A stretch of 64,000 nt of DNA, taken from IMG/VR virus record IMGVR_UViG_3300035674_000001, positions 1 through 64,000 of that record. One strand, 5' to 3'. Shown piece by piece: positions 19,142 to 28,388 of this stretch. A program made the translations under genes and the position numbers. The notes beneath the pieces were generated by a model that saw only the letters and a program-made list of their open reading frames with translations, had not been told where the DNA came from and ran no database searches. This DNA comes from a virus. Positions within the stretch are counted from its first letter, which is position 1, and each line of letters starts with the position of its first letter.

Positions 19142-19183
19142 AGATTCCCTTTGAAAGTTTGAAGTCAAAGGGAATCTTTTTTG
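19142..19183 (+). terminator. rho-independent terminator
   Basis: AGATTCCCTTTGA-10 nt-TCAAAGGGAATCT followed by TTTTTTGG. Confidence 0.9.
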
Positions 19184-19229
19184 GTAAGATTAACAAACAA
19201 CAAAAACTTGACTTTCGTTAAATTGAATT

Positions 19230-19676
19230 ATGGACATTAAGATACAAGAGCTTACTTTTATCCTTCCGCCAACTTTAAATGAGCAAATTGATGCAGCTCG
19301 TGGAAGTAAGTGGCAGAGTGCGTCTCTTAAGAAGAAATGGACAAAATATGTGATGAATGAATGCAGTAAACAAAACTCTATTGCGTTTGAAGGTAGAGTG
19401 TGGGTTTATTTTACTTTTTCGGTTAAGACTTTTGCTTTTGATCCATGTGAGAACTTACCAGCTAGCTTGAAATACGTTTTAGATGGTATGGTATTGGCTG
19501 GAGTTCTTAAGAACGACAATCTAGGAATAATTCAGGACACTGTTCAATTTTGGTACGAAAAGACTAAGAGTCAGAATATGGTTAAGGCAACGATAAGCAA
19601 TCATCCTGGCATTTTGTTTGATAGGATGATTGCTTATCGAGAGAAACTATTAAAAGACTATCAAAGCTTCAGCTAG
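19230..19676 (+). CDS. RusA-like Holliday-junction resolvase (tentative)
   Basis: 148 aa. LPPTLNEQ...KKKW at the N-terminus, then FDPCENLPASLKYVLDGMVLAGVLKNDN, which resembles the D.DN...K..lDal..aGv..DD core of RusA. Confidence 0.5.
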   Translation: MDIKIQELTFILPPTLNEQIDAARGSKWQSASLKKKWTKYVMNECSKQNSIAFEGRVWVYFTFSVKTFAFDPCENLPASLKYVLDGMVLAGVLKNDNLGIIQDTVQFWYEKTKSQNMVKATISNHPGILFDRMIAYREKLLKDYQSFS

Positions 19677-19682
19677 TTAAAA

Positions 19683-21380
19683 TTAGGCGGGAAATACACG
19701 AATCCAGTCAAGATAGACTGGCGTCTCTCGACCTTCGGGATTCTCTACGCCAATTTCAAAGGTACCATTTTGGTATGTAACTGTAAACTGATACTCTCTC
19801 CACTCTGTGGAATCAATTACAGCTTGCTGTCTTGCGCCACCAAAGTCATTGACATAAACAATGTGGTTTGATGGCAGAGCTGAAGATCGTACACGTAAAC
19901 GAGCTATATACGTGTTACCAGCAACAGGAGCAGGAGTGGCATTAGCAGCTCGAATGAATATGCTAGAGTAGCCTCCATTGATTTCGTAAGCATAACCATT
20001 GCTAGCATCCGCTAACGGAATGACACGCCTGTTGTTACCACCACCAAACCAATTATCATTGGTGCGTAGCTCTAAGTCACTATTAGGGTAAGCAAGTGGA
20101 GTTCCACTACCACCAGTAGGAGTAGCTGCGGCTGGTGCAGGAGGTGGTGTTGCGACAGATCCTCCGGCAAACACACGAGCATCTTGCATTCTGTGGAGCA
20201 GAATTGTACCAGCGTCAGCACGAGGAGAAAATTCTAGATATCCTGTGCGTCCATCTGCTGAAATAATCAAACCGTTGGCGGGTTCAATTTGACGCACTCC
20301 ACCACCCGTATTGGCAACATACACAAACGAGTTGAGTATATCCAGGGTTAACCCTAATTGCTGGAACCAACGAGCTTTGGTTAGGTCAATGGTAACCAGC
20401 GTAGTCTCGGCATCTGACTGTGTTGCACCAGCGGCATCACCTGGGAATGGCACTGTCCAATCTAGTAGCTCTAAGGTGCGAATATCACCTTCTGCTGTAG
20501 TTAGCCTGCCTTCAGCGTCAGTTAATCGACCTTCAGCAGCCGCCATGCGCTGCCGTAGTTGAGCAACTTCACTGGTCAAGCCAGCGATTTGAGTTGTGTG
20601 TTGCTGAGTGAGATTTTCAAGCGCATCAAGACGTGTTATCAATGGTGCGACCGCAGCATTGATGCGATCGATCATGTCATTGGTGTATTGTGCGCTTATG
20701 TGTACACCATCAGGGTCAATCGTAACCGAACCATCATCATTCCTGATGTAGTAACTGTTGGTTGTTGCGTCATAGCCAATGCCAGCACCAGCATTGGTCA
20801 AAATGGGAATAGCCTCAGGTTGCCAATTAAGCACATCTCCTGGCGCAGGCGCAGTGTTATTTTCTAAGATGAACATTCTTTCAGCAAAGTCACCTTCTTG
20901 AATCCGAACCGAAGAAGATGGCTCAAGATTAGGAATAGTGCTGTCAGGAGCTATTACGGCTGCACCTGCTGCTTGTACCTCATAGATAAAACTATCTCCT
21001 GCACCTGTAGCCAATAACACTCGGCTACCTGGAACTAGCGCAAAGCCTTGAAATGTAGCACCTGCAACTAATTGCGCTGGAGTTACGGCAGCATCGCGGA
21101 TTGCAATATCGGCACTTGGCTTATACTGTAAGCCTCGAAACCGCCGATTCATTTCGTCCATTAGCTGGTTTCGTAAATCAACATCCTGACTGTCGATGTA
21201 CGAATAAAAGATATCGCCAGCAACTTCCAAATCAATGGGTCGCAGAATTCCCCGCATGTCATATGCTTTAGAGAGATTTGTTCCCTGCTTACCATTGAAG
21301 TTGGTATTGTAGTGAATCGGCTTAATTGCTCTTGTAGTATCAGCCGGAGTTCTTGCTGTAAATGGCGCTTGTCCTGGCAT
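19683..21380 (-). CDS. tail fibre / receptor-binding protein
   Basis: 565 aa. Central coiled coil with repeats (AAAEGRLTDAEGRLTTAEGDIRTLE). The C-terminal roughly 140 aa are jelly-roll/CBM-like (...YIARLRVRSSALPSNHIVYVNDFGG...YLDWIRVFPA). Last gene of the head-tail operon. Confidence 0.6.
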   Translation of the reverse strand: MPGQAPFTARTPADTTRAIKPIHYNTNFNGKQGTNLSKAYDMRGILRPIDLEVAGDIFYSYIDSQDVDLRNQLMDEMNRRFRGLQYKPSADIAIRDAAVTPAQLVAGATFQGFALVPGSRVLLATGAGDSFIYEVQAAGAAVIAPDSTIPNLEPSSSVRIQEGDFAERMFILENNTAPAPGDVLNWQPEAIPILTNAGAGIGYDATTNSYYIRNDDGSVTIDPDGVHISAQYTNDMIDRINAAVAPLITRLDALENLTQQHTTQIAGLTSEVAQLRQRMAAAEGRLTDAEGRLTTAEGDIRTLELLDWTVPFPGDAAGATQSDAETTLVTIDLTKARWFQQLGLTLDILNSFVYVANTGGGVRQIEPANGLIISADGRTGYLEFSPRADAGTILLHRMQDARVFAGGSVATPPPAPAAATPTGGSGTPLAYPNSDLELRTNDNWFGGGNNRRVIPLADASNGYAYEINGGYSSIFIRAANATPAPVAGNTYIARLRVRSSALPSNHIVYVNDFGGARQQAVIDSTEWREYQFTVTYQNGTFEIGVENPEGRETPVYLDWIRVFPA

Positions 21381-21472
21381 TCTTTTTTCCTTTTACTAAT
21401 CAGCAACAAACAACTTAATTAAAGGCAGCATAAAGTATCAAGTACGCGCCACTTGACTTTGCAATAATCAAC

Positions 21473-22543
21473 TTAGTTGATTATCAAGCTGCCGCTCTCT
21501 AACGGAAAAACCTGGGGAGGAAAAAGCTGCGACTTGAAAGACACTTGCAATTGTTTACCTTGCTCAGCTAGTGTTTTGGGATAATTTAATCTGGCTCTAG
21601 ACGATCCCTCGATGATTAAATCAACATAGAGCATTGCACCTGATGCATTGGCAATTGCTTCTACCTGAATCCACAAGTCGTTTGTGGGAATCATTACATC
21701 AGCAGATACTTGAGAACCTGAAACTCTGGGGTCTTCTGCGTGGGTGCCATCAATAAACCGCAAGATAGCATTAGGTGAAAATTGCGTTGCGTGGGGTGGG
21801 GTTGGTGGCACTGGAGCTGGATTTTCTGGTGGTAGTGGCAGTGATGGTGGTGGTTGCTCCGGTGGCTCTTCAGGGGGGAATTGAGGTTCTGGTTTTGGCA
21901 AAGTGGGTGGAGAAGGTTCAAGGGGTTCAGTTGGAGCTTCTGGTATTGGTGCTGGAGTTTCGCTTTTAGATTCAGTATTTTCTATTGGAACCTCATCTTC
22001 ATCAGTTAAGTCGCCAGATAAGTTAGTTGTACTAGATGCCATAGTTTGAGGAATTTGGTAATTTAGTGTGTTACCCTGCGTGTCTTGTTGAATGTCTTGA
22101 CTACTGTATTGAGTCAAAAAAAAACTATTTACTTCTAACAACCCAAAGAATCGGTCAGGTGGTGACATATGAATTATTATTTTTCCTTGCCTTTGACCTA
22201 CATCATGCCATCCCCATTCATAGACTAATTCAATAGGCACTTGTTGATAGTTCTCAAAGCTAACTCTAATTAGCTTGGGATCTATGAGCTGAATGCTTCC
22301 AAATGGATGCCAGAATTCAAATGTTTCTGTTTCCGGATTAGGTATAGATTGATGTATTTTGTGTACTGGATAAGAAAAATTCAGTACAAACTGCTCTTGG
22401 ATTGTTTGTTGTAAAAGAACAAGTCCTTCTATTTGTTTAGCTAGTTCGCCAGCAACTTGAGCCAACTGCTCTTGAGTAGACTGAGTGCTTCCTTGAGCAA
22501 TTTGCTGAATTTTATAGCTGGCTACATAGCTAGTTCCAGACAC
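21473..22543 (-). CDS. virion protein with proline-rich linker
   Basis: GTG start, 356 aa. Residues about 196-251 read TPAPIPEAPTEPLEPSPPTLPKPEPQFPPEEPPEQPPPSLPLPPENPAPVPPTPP. Confidence 0.5.
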   Translation of the reverse strand: MSGTSYVASYKIQQIAQGSTQSTQEQLAQVAGELAKQIEGLVLLQQTIQEQFVLNFSYPVHKIHQSIPNPETETFEFWHPFGSIQLIDPKLIRVSFENYQQVPIELVYEWGWHDVGQRQGKIIIHMSPPDRFFGLLEVNSFFLTQYSSQDIQQDTQGNTLNYQIPQTMASSTTNLSGDLTDEDEVPIENTESKSETPAPIPEAPTEPLEPSPPTLPKPEPQFPPEEPPEQPPPSLPLPPENPAPVPPTPPHATQFSPNAILRFIDGTHAEDPRVSGSQVSADVMIPTNDLWIQVEAIANASGAMLYVDLIIEGSSRARLNYPKTLAEQGKQLQVSFKSQLFPPQVFPLESGSLIIN

Positions 22544-22560
22544 ATTACTTTACCAAACTG

Positions 22561-23091
22561 TTAAACAAGCCTGAAAATATTTGATGGTACGAAATAACAC
22601 CACCAATTACAAAAGGAATACCTGTCATCAGCGGGTATCCATTGCCTGGAGCTTTTAGAATAACCAAACCACCATCCCCCTTTTTTGCTAGGCAAAATAC
22701 TAGAGTCACCTAACAACTGAGTCATGTTTCCAAACAATGGAAACGTAACCGTTGGTTTAGCATTTAATGCAGGCTCATTCTTTTGATCAAACCCAAGCAA
22801 ATAGATATCGTCTGTAAATATTTGCGATGCAGACGGGTTGGCTTGATCGGGATAAAACTCATGCCAAGAATACATGAGTGTAATAATAGAGTTATTTACT
22901 TCCGTTGGCGCCATTCCTGGTTGAGGCGAAATAGCAACTGACCATAATACTTTTTCGCCATAGTTTTGCAAGTCTAAATAATCATAGGGTGATGGTTTTA
23001 TGTCCCATCCGTTTAACGGTTGACTTGGTGTTGAACCTGGCAAGCTAGCTGGAGGTCGCCATATTCTATTTAACATCCCTTGTCCACTCAT
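22561..23091 (-). CDS. virion-module protein (unknown function)
   Basis: 176 aa. The ATG overlaps the upstream stop (TAATG). Confidence 0.5.
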   Translation of the reverse strand: MSGQGMLNRIWRPPASLPGSTPSQPLNGWDIKPSPYDYLDLQNYGEKVLWSVAISPQPGMAPTEVNNSIITLMYSWHEFYPDQANPSASQIFTDDIYLLGFDQKNEPALNAKPTVTFPLFGNMTQLLGDSSILPSKKGGWWFGYSKSSRQWIPADDRYSFCNWWCYFVPSNIFRLV

Positions 23092-23504
23092 TAGTCTTTA
23101 AATGAAATAAAATTACTAAATGTTTTATCATTAACTAAAATTCTGTAAAGTCCAGCTCCCCCTCCCGCAAAAACAGGGTTTGAGAAAGTATCTGCACTAA
23201 ATGGAATTTCTAAAATAGTAGAATTATCTGATACTTTGCTTGTTCCCGTAACAGTAGTTTTTGTTTCACCCTTAAACCAAACCCAGTTGATAGTCGTTCC
23301 TGACTTAGCTTGAACTCGCATCAAAAAAGAAGTTTTCTGGCTAATGCTGCCTTCGTATCTATCAGCTAGAGATTCATCTCTAGCTATTAACAAAGCAAAT
23401 ACATCAATTCCTACTTTATCTAATGGCTCTGGCAACCAGCCAAATCCAGTTAATAGAGCTTCTCCACCTGGCTGTTTTACTCGTTGTCCACCCAATGTAT
23501 ACAT
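23091..23504 (-). CDS. virion-module protein (unknown function)
   Basis: 137 aa, beta-rich. Lies between the connector genes and the fibre. Confidence 0.5.
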   Translation of the reverse strand: MYTLGGQRVKQPGGEALLTGFGWLPEPLDKVGIDVFALLIARDESLADRYEGSISQKTSFLMRVQAKSGTTINWVWFKGETKTTVTGTSKVSDNSTILEIPFSADTFSNPVFAGGGAGLYRILVNDKTFSNFISFKD

Positions 23505-23508
23505 GTTG

Positions 23509-24012
23509 CTATTCTCCAGAATATAACGGTGAGCCTATGACTAGGCTTCTAAGCTCTTTGTATTGTTGACAATAAAAGTTACTAGATTCTGGCGAAGTCG
23601 TTCCTGGACTAGTAACAGTTTTCATAATTTCGCTAATAGCAGTTTCACCCAGTGCTTCTTGCTTAGTAAACGTAATTGTCATTTCATCGTTAATTGCAAT
23701 TGAAGAAATTGGTAGGTTATGCCAATTTTCCAGGTTGTTTATCTTGGAAGTGTCTTGAGATGAAGCCTGTTGTTGCTTAAGTAATTGTGCAGCAGAATTT
23801 GCCATTGATGCTTTTGCTTCTTCTATGGCACCACAAGATAACTTACAAGCAATTAAGTAAAGCAACCCCGCTTTAGCTGTTTGACCCCAAGCATAATCAT
23901 CTATCTCGTATGACGCTAGTTCACATACCAAGTTAATAGCAGATTGCTCTAATTCGTCTTCTGTTCGGAATTGTTTAAAAACTTGTGCTATGTCTTGGTA
24001 TGTCAACAACAT
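23509..24012 (-). CDS. head-tail connector/adaptor candidate
   Basis: 167 aa. The helical N-terminus and position two genes after the major capsid gene suggest the role. Context only. Confidence 0.35.
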   Translation of the reverse strand: MLLTYQDIAQVFKQFRTEDELEQSAINLVCELASYEIDDYAWGQTAKAGLLYLIACKLSCGAIEEAKASMANSAAQLLKQQQASSQDTSKINNLENWHNLPISSIAINDEMTITFTKQEALGETAISEIMKTVTSPGTTSPESSNFYCQQYKELRSLVIGSPLYSGE

Positions 24013-24017
24013 AATAC

Positions 24018-24575
24018 TTATTCTCCTCTAGCTAAATCAACATTAAGATGAGCATTACCACCCGCTGTTTCAACGTCGTTAAACTTTGCTTGAGCTGCTT
24101 TTGTCATAGCCAATTGCTCAAGTTGAGAGCTGTTAAATAAGTTAACTGGGGTATGTGGATGTGCGGTAGGCTTCCACATATTTGTATTGCTGTTGATATT
24201 TGTAGTGTTGAGGTATTTTGCTGGCATTATAGGTTGTGGTTCATACAAACCACGCACTAAATCACCACCTACAATATCTTTGTCAAGTTGATGAAGTCTA
24301 TCCATATCTGGAGTAGGTATTTCATATAACAACCCCATCAGATACAATTCTTCAGCCAGCGGATGTTGTTTGATAACATCCCAGACATCAGTGTCTATTT
24401 GAGTAGTTCCTCCACCAATTAAACGTATCCAGCTTGTAGGTCTGTTGAGAATATTGCGCCTTCGTTCGTCTTCTGACAACCCTTCTGGTTCCTCGTGGGG
24501 AAGCTGATAGGGAATAGAGAGAGGTCGGTACTGATTGAGAAAAACTGTAATTATTTTAGACGGGTTTTTTGCCAT
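24018..24575 (-). CDS. head-completion protein candidate
   Basis: 185 aa. Lies immediately downstream of the major capsid gene. Confidence 0.35.
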   Translation of the reverse strand: MAKNPSKIITVFLNQYRPLSIPYQLPHEEPEGLSEDERRRNILNRPTSWIRLIGGGTTQIDTDVWDVIKQHPLAEELYLMGLLYEIPTPDMDRLHQLDKDIVGGDLVRGLYEPQPIMPAKYLNTTNINSNTNMWKPTAHPHTPVNLFNSSQLEQLAMTKAAQAKFNDVETAGGNAHLNVDLARGE

Positions 24576-24616
24576 TTATTATTTAAGTATTATTCAATCG
24601 ATTTTTAACCAACTTG

Positions 24617-25546
24617 CTAAATACCAACAAATATCCGAGCGGACATAGGGAAAGTTAACTCGACTCCACCCGTTGTTAACCGACAAGGTACACGCCAACC
24701 AAACCCAGCCTCTTGAGGCGCTTTAGCGTAAAAAGGAATTGGTACATGAAGTTTAATCTTGTCTTCACGTCTTTTGTAAACAATGGCTACGTCTTGACCA
24801 TTGAATGCGCCTTCAAGCCAGGGAACTTGCTGAATGTTCTGAATACCATCAGCACCTTGAGTTTTGAAGAAGGCTTCTTTGAGTGTAGTCTGAGGGTTTG
24901 TGGGTGATGTAAACGTCTGGCCTAAATAGAAATCCTGAATAGGGGGAATTAGTAGCGTATCAGCACTTTCCCTCATTTGAGATTCAATAGCAACAGCAGC
25001 GCTCATGTCTCGCAAGTCACGCAGAACTTGATAAGGCGTCTTATCTCGCCAACGAGTTGAGCCATTGACACCATCGTTTAGCAAGCTTGCAATTGGAATA
25101 TTTTCGTGATTGAGCAATCCTCTTAAGTTGTAAGCAGAGTCCCCCAAATACCCAACTTTCTCAAGCTTGACAAATGCTGCCTCTTTAGCGGCTAGACCTT
25201 TGGCGGCTGTCAAATCTACTCCAGCGAATTGAGCATGTTCTAAATCTTTATCGGAGTAACGGTAGCTATCTCCAATGTCATGCACAATGCCTGTCATGGG
25301 AAACGTGTAGAGATCTACTGTCGGTAGGTCGTCTGCTGGATTGGCGATGATTTTAGCTTCACCGACAAATGTTCGCAAATAATACAAGTAGCTGGACGCG
25401 CCTCTGGGAATTGCATTACCACCCGTAGCATATGGAATAATTAATCCGTTTGCCAGAGGAAATTCAGGTAAAGGGTAAGAGATTACATTTCTACGAACCG
25501 CTCTTAATTGCTCACTTACATAAACAGAGTAACTATTGTCCGGCAT
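24617..25546 (-). CDS. major capsid protein (DUF2184 / HK97-fold type)
   Basis: 309 aa. Follows the portal - DUF2213-like - small protein - capsid gene order. The sequence style (…DLYTFPMTGIVHDIGDSYRYSDKDL…VPWLEGAFNGQDVAIVYKR…) resembles DUF2184 capsid proteins as I recall them. Confidence 0.7.
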   Translation of the reverse strand: MPDNSYSVYVSEQLRAVRRNVISYPLPEFPLANGLIIPYATGGNAIPRGASSYLYYLRTFVGEAKIIANPADDLPTVDLYTFPMTGIVHDIGDSYRYSDKDLEHAQFAGVDLTAAKGLAAKEAAFVKLEKVGYLGDSAYNLRGLLNHENIPIASLLNDGVNGSTRWRDKTPYQVLRDLRDMSAAVAIESQMRESADTLLIPPIQDFYLGQTFTSPTNPQTTLKEAFFKTQGADGIQNIQQVPWLEGAFNGQDVAIVYKRREDKIKLHVPIPFYAKAPQEAGFGWRVPCRLTTGGVELTFPMSARIFVGI

Positions 25547-25573
25547 TTCTTTTCAAAAGAATTCAAAACAAAA

Positions 25574-26299
25574 CTATGGAAGCGAAATAGACAATTCAGC
25601 TAATCGACCAGGAATGATCCTACCTGTCCATCTAGCGCCAATTAGCCACTGAACCGATCCATCTCGATTATCAAGTCGGCATTGTCCCCGCTTCTCGATG
25701 CCATTAGCAGCATCAGTAACACGCACAAATACTGGAGCTGTTGGCGTAACTCCTCTCATGTCGCTGTCAATTTGTACAGCAATTCGTCCTTCTTTCAATA
25801 AAGGAACAGGATATTTTGCAGGGAACCCAACTTGCCAGGGGTCAATGATAATGCCAGCGTTTGGTGGTGGCTGAACAGCTCCGGGTTGCCATACTGGAGG
25901 AGGAGTTACAGGCGGATTTGGCGCACCTGGAGGTAGGGGAGTAGGAACCGCTGAAGTGCGAGGAGGGTTAATTCGCACTCCTCCTAGCGCTGGATCAATA
26001 TGTTCGTGTCGAGTGACTCCAGCAAATCGGGTGTTGGTAGGTGAAGGTAGCTCTATCCTGAATGCTGTGCCGTAATTATTGCTGTTAACTCCTAAGCCGC
26101 CAACTCCTGCATTAGCATCAACAACAACCAAGCCAAAGCCTAGCGCATCATCGCATGTAGCTGTATCTGTTGTGCCTTTCTCGAAATCAGAAACTTGACC
26201 AGCAATAAATGGACTACGTAAAGCGCCGTCGTAATAATTCCATCCTAGGGGATGGTTGTTTAACCGACCTTCGTTTTGATATGTGAATAGTCTAGGCAT
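25574..26299 (-). CDS. capsid-associated (decoration/cement-like) protein with Pro-rich insert
   Basis: 241 aa, between the scaffold and capsid genes. Residues about 110-150 read INPPRTSAVPTPLPPGAPNPPVTPPPVWQPGAVQPPP. Confidence 0.35.
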   Translation of the reverse strand: MPRLFTYQNEGRLNNHPLGWNYYDGALRSPFIAGQVSDFEKGTTDTATCDDALGFGLVVVDANAGVGGLGVNSNNYGTAFRIELPSPTNTRFAGVTRHEHIDPALGGVRINPPRTSAVPTPLPPGAPNPPVTPPPVWQPGAVQPPPNAGIIIDPWQVGFPAKYPVPLLKEGRIAVQIDSDMRGVTPTAPVFVRVTDAANGIEKRGQCRLDNRDGSVQWLIGARWTGRIIPGRLAELSISLP

Positions 26300-26316
26300 T
26301 GTTCAACTTGCTTGTA

Positions 26317-27870
26317 TTAATGATTTAATCGACTTGAACCCAGAGGAGCTTTAGCGTTTGCCTGAAATTGTTCAACTTGCTTTTTATAAAGCTCTTCGTC
26401 ATCATCTTCGATATAACCAACCTTGATAAACTTGTCTGTTGGTCGTGACACATTGAAGTTGTCTTGGGTTATTTGTCTTGCCGCTGAAGAGTTGTTGCTT
26501 GAAGAATTGCTAGAAGGTGCAGAATCTTTAGTTTCAGTAACCTGAGGCTGATTTTTATGGGATTGAACTACTTCGGGTTTCCAGCTAGCAACGGCTAATT
26601 GAAATGCATAATCAACCCCAGCATCAGGGGTTGATTCAGTTGGCTTAAGTTCATTGCCGTGTATCTTAGCGATAACCAGTTCTTGTATTTGCCTATCTGA
26701 TAAGCCAGCAAACTTGGTGTTTTCTCCTAATATTTTAGATGCGCTAACTTGCAGATTAACTCGCTTGTCTACAGCAAGTTGAAAAGCTACTGGATCGGGA
26801 TTTAGCGCTGCATCAAGCTTGACCTGTACGCCTGAAATTTGTTGCTTGAGAGAAGTGTTTTCTGTCTCAAGCTCGGTTATACGCTGCGCTTTTTGCTGTA
26901 ACTCTGATTCCCACTTACTCTTGTCAGCTTTTAGCTGCTTATTCTCTGATTCCAAAGAACTAATCAGACTTTCATCTTTCTGAAACTTGTTATTAACAGC
27001 TAGCGCAACAGTTTCGCTGGCTTCTAGCGGCACTCCATTAACAGTCAACTTAGTTGATTTTTCTTGATGTGTAGAGGTAGTCATAGTTGTTAGTGGAATA
27101 GTTGAATTATCTAAGTTAGTTGATTGAGAATCTTGCCTATAAAGTTGAATAGCAATGGGGTACTTAGAGTTTCCTACTTGAATAGCGCCATCATCATCAA
27201 TAGAATCAAAAGCATGGATCTTAGCAAAATTGCCTGCTCTCCCTTTTTTAACTAAACCTATTGAGTTTCCCCGAATATCTCGCTGCTGTCGATTGAATGG
27301 CTCGCCAAACCAGTCGCCTTGAACTTTATATACTTTGGCGATATAGGCAGCAGACAATTGCTTGTAATCTTTGTTAATTGCGTCAATTGCTTCTTTATCA
27401 ATCAACGTGATTCTAATTCTGCCAATACCCCGGTGATAGTCTACATCTTCATGAGTTAATCCTCTCGCTAATTTATCTTTTATCGCATTTTCAGGAAAAA
27501 CTAAACCAGGATGACCTATGGTAACAGGTTTGTTTCTAAACGAGTTCAGGCTCTTAATTACTTCATCTTCGGGTCTATTTTGAATACATACTGAGCCGTC
27601 CCGATCTAGATAAACCTGATTTCCTACACGGCAAAAGCTTCCCCAGAAGGTAGGAAACTTTTCTAGTTCACTGTACTCTGTTTTGCCATTGGGTAAAGGA
27701 AAAAGCTCTTTTGCCGAATCTTGACTCAAAGAATTCCCCAAAGTATCTATTAACCCTTGTCGTGAAACTTCTCCGGTGTACTCCAGATCAATGTCACAGT
27801 AATCAAGCAAGAATTTTGTTTGGTAGCTTTCTTCTGTCGTCACTAGCTTGGCTTTAACCTTCTTAAACAA
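26317..27870 (-). CDS. scaffolding / prohead-core protein (DUF2213-like N-terminus plus coiled coil)
   Basis: 517 aa with a TTG start. N-terminal region contains ...RNKPVTIGHPG...QQRDIRGNSIGLVKKGRAGNFAKIH. A central coiled coil follows (ESENKQLKADKSKWESELQQKAQRITELETENTSLKQQ). Confidence 0.55.
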   Translation of the reverse strand: MFKKVKAKLVTTEESYQTKFLLDYCDIDLEYTGEVSRQGLIDTLGNSLSQDSAKELFPLPNGKTEYSELEKFPTFWGSFCRVGNQVYLDRDGSVCIQNRPEDEVIKSLNSFRNKPVTIGHPGLVFPENAIKDKLARGLTHEDVDYHRGIGRIRITLIDKEAIDAINKDYKQLSAAYIAKVYKVQGDWFGEPFNRQQRDIRGNSIGLVKKGRAGNFAKIHAFDSIDDDGAIQVGNSKYPIAIQLYRQDSQSTNLDNSTIPLTTMTTSTHQEKSTKLTVNGVPLEASETVALAVNNKFQKDESLISSLESENKQLKADKSKWESELQQKAQRITELETENTSLKQQISGVQVKLDAALNPDPVAFQLAVDKRVNLQVSASKILGENTKFAGLSDRQIQELVIAKIHGNELKPTESTPDAGVDYAFQLAVASWKPEVVQSHKNQPQVTETKDSAPSSNSSSNNSSAARQITQDNFNVSRPTDKFIKVGYIEDDDEELYKKQVEQFQANAKAPLGSSRLNH

Positions 27871-27970
27871 ATAGGCTGAAAAAGTTTCTGGTGAAAAGAG
27901 TTAGCACAAGTACTTAAGACTATTTGATAAAAATATCTTAAAACTATTTGGTTTAATAAATAATAGATCC

Positions 27971-27988
27971 CTTTGTGATATTACAAAG
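27971..27988. promoter_or_regulatory. operator-like inverted repeat CTTTGT-N6-ACAAAG
   Basis: Lies in the divergent spacer between the late operon (start 27870) and the XRE gene (28035). A direct repeat ACTATTTG also occurs at 27919 and 27943. Confidence 0.35.
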
Positions 27989-28034
27989 AAAAGTATTTGT
28001 TTTACGAAAGTCAAGGCTATTAGGCTAGTAGCAG

Positions 28035-28388
28035 ATGTCATCAGATAATCAGAAAAAAAGCTCGAACTTTAGCTACTGGCAGCTAAGGCGTCAAGCAATC
28101 ATCGAGATTGGCAAAACAATTAAAGTTAAACGAGAAAACTGTGGCTTGACGCAAAAGCAGCTGGGTGAGATTGCTAACGTTAGCCAGAGCTTGCTATCTA
28201 ACTTGGAATCAGGAAAGATTTACAAAGAAATTAAGCTTTTTATGTTAGTTGACATTGCTAAAATAGTAGGAGCAGAAAAAGAGATTCATTGGTTTATAGA
28301 CAAATTACTAGGTATTCAAAGACCTTCGGCAGAAGACTCAGAACCTTCTAGTTACTCATGGCAGAAAAAGAATGACAACACGGTTTAA
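28035..28388 (+). CDS. XRE-family HTH transcriptional regulator
   Basis: LTQKQLGEIANVSQSLLSNLESGK is a classic Cro/CI-type HTH. Confidence 0.8.
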   Translation: MSSDNQKKSSNFSYWQLRRQAIIEIGKTIKVKRENCGLTQKQLGEIANVSQSLLSNLESGKIYKEIKLFMLVDIAKIVGAEKEIHWFIDKLLGIQRPSAEDSEPSSYSWQKKNDNTV

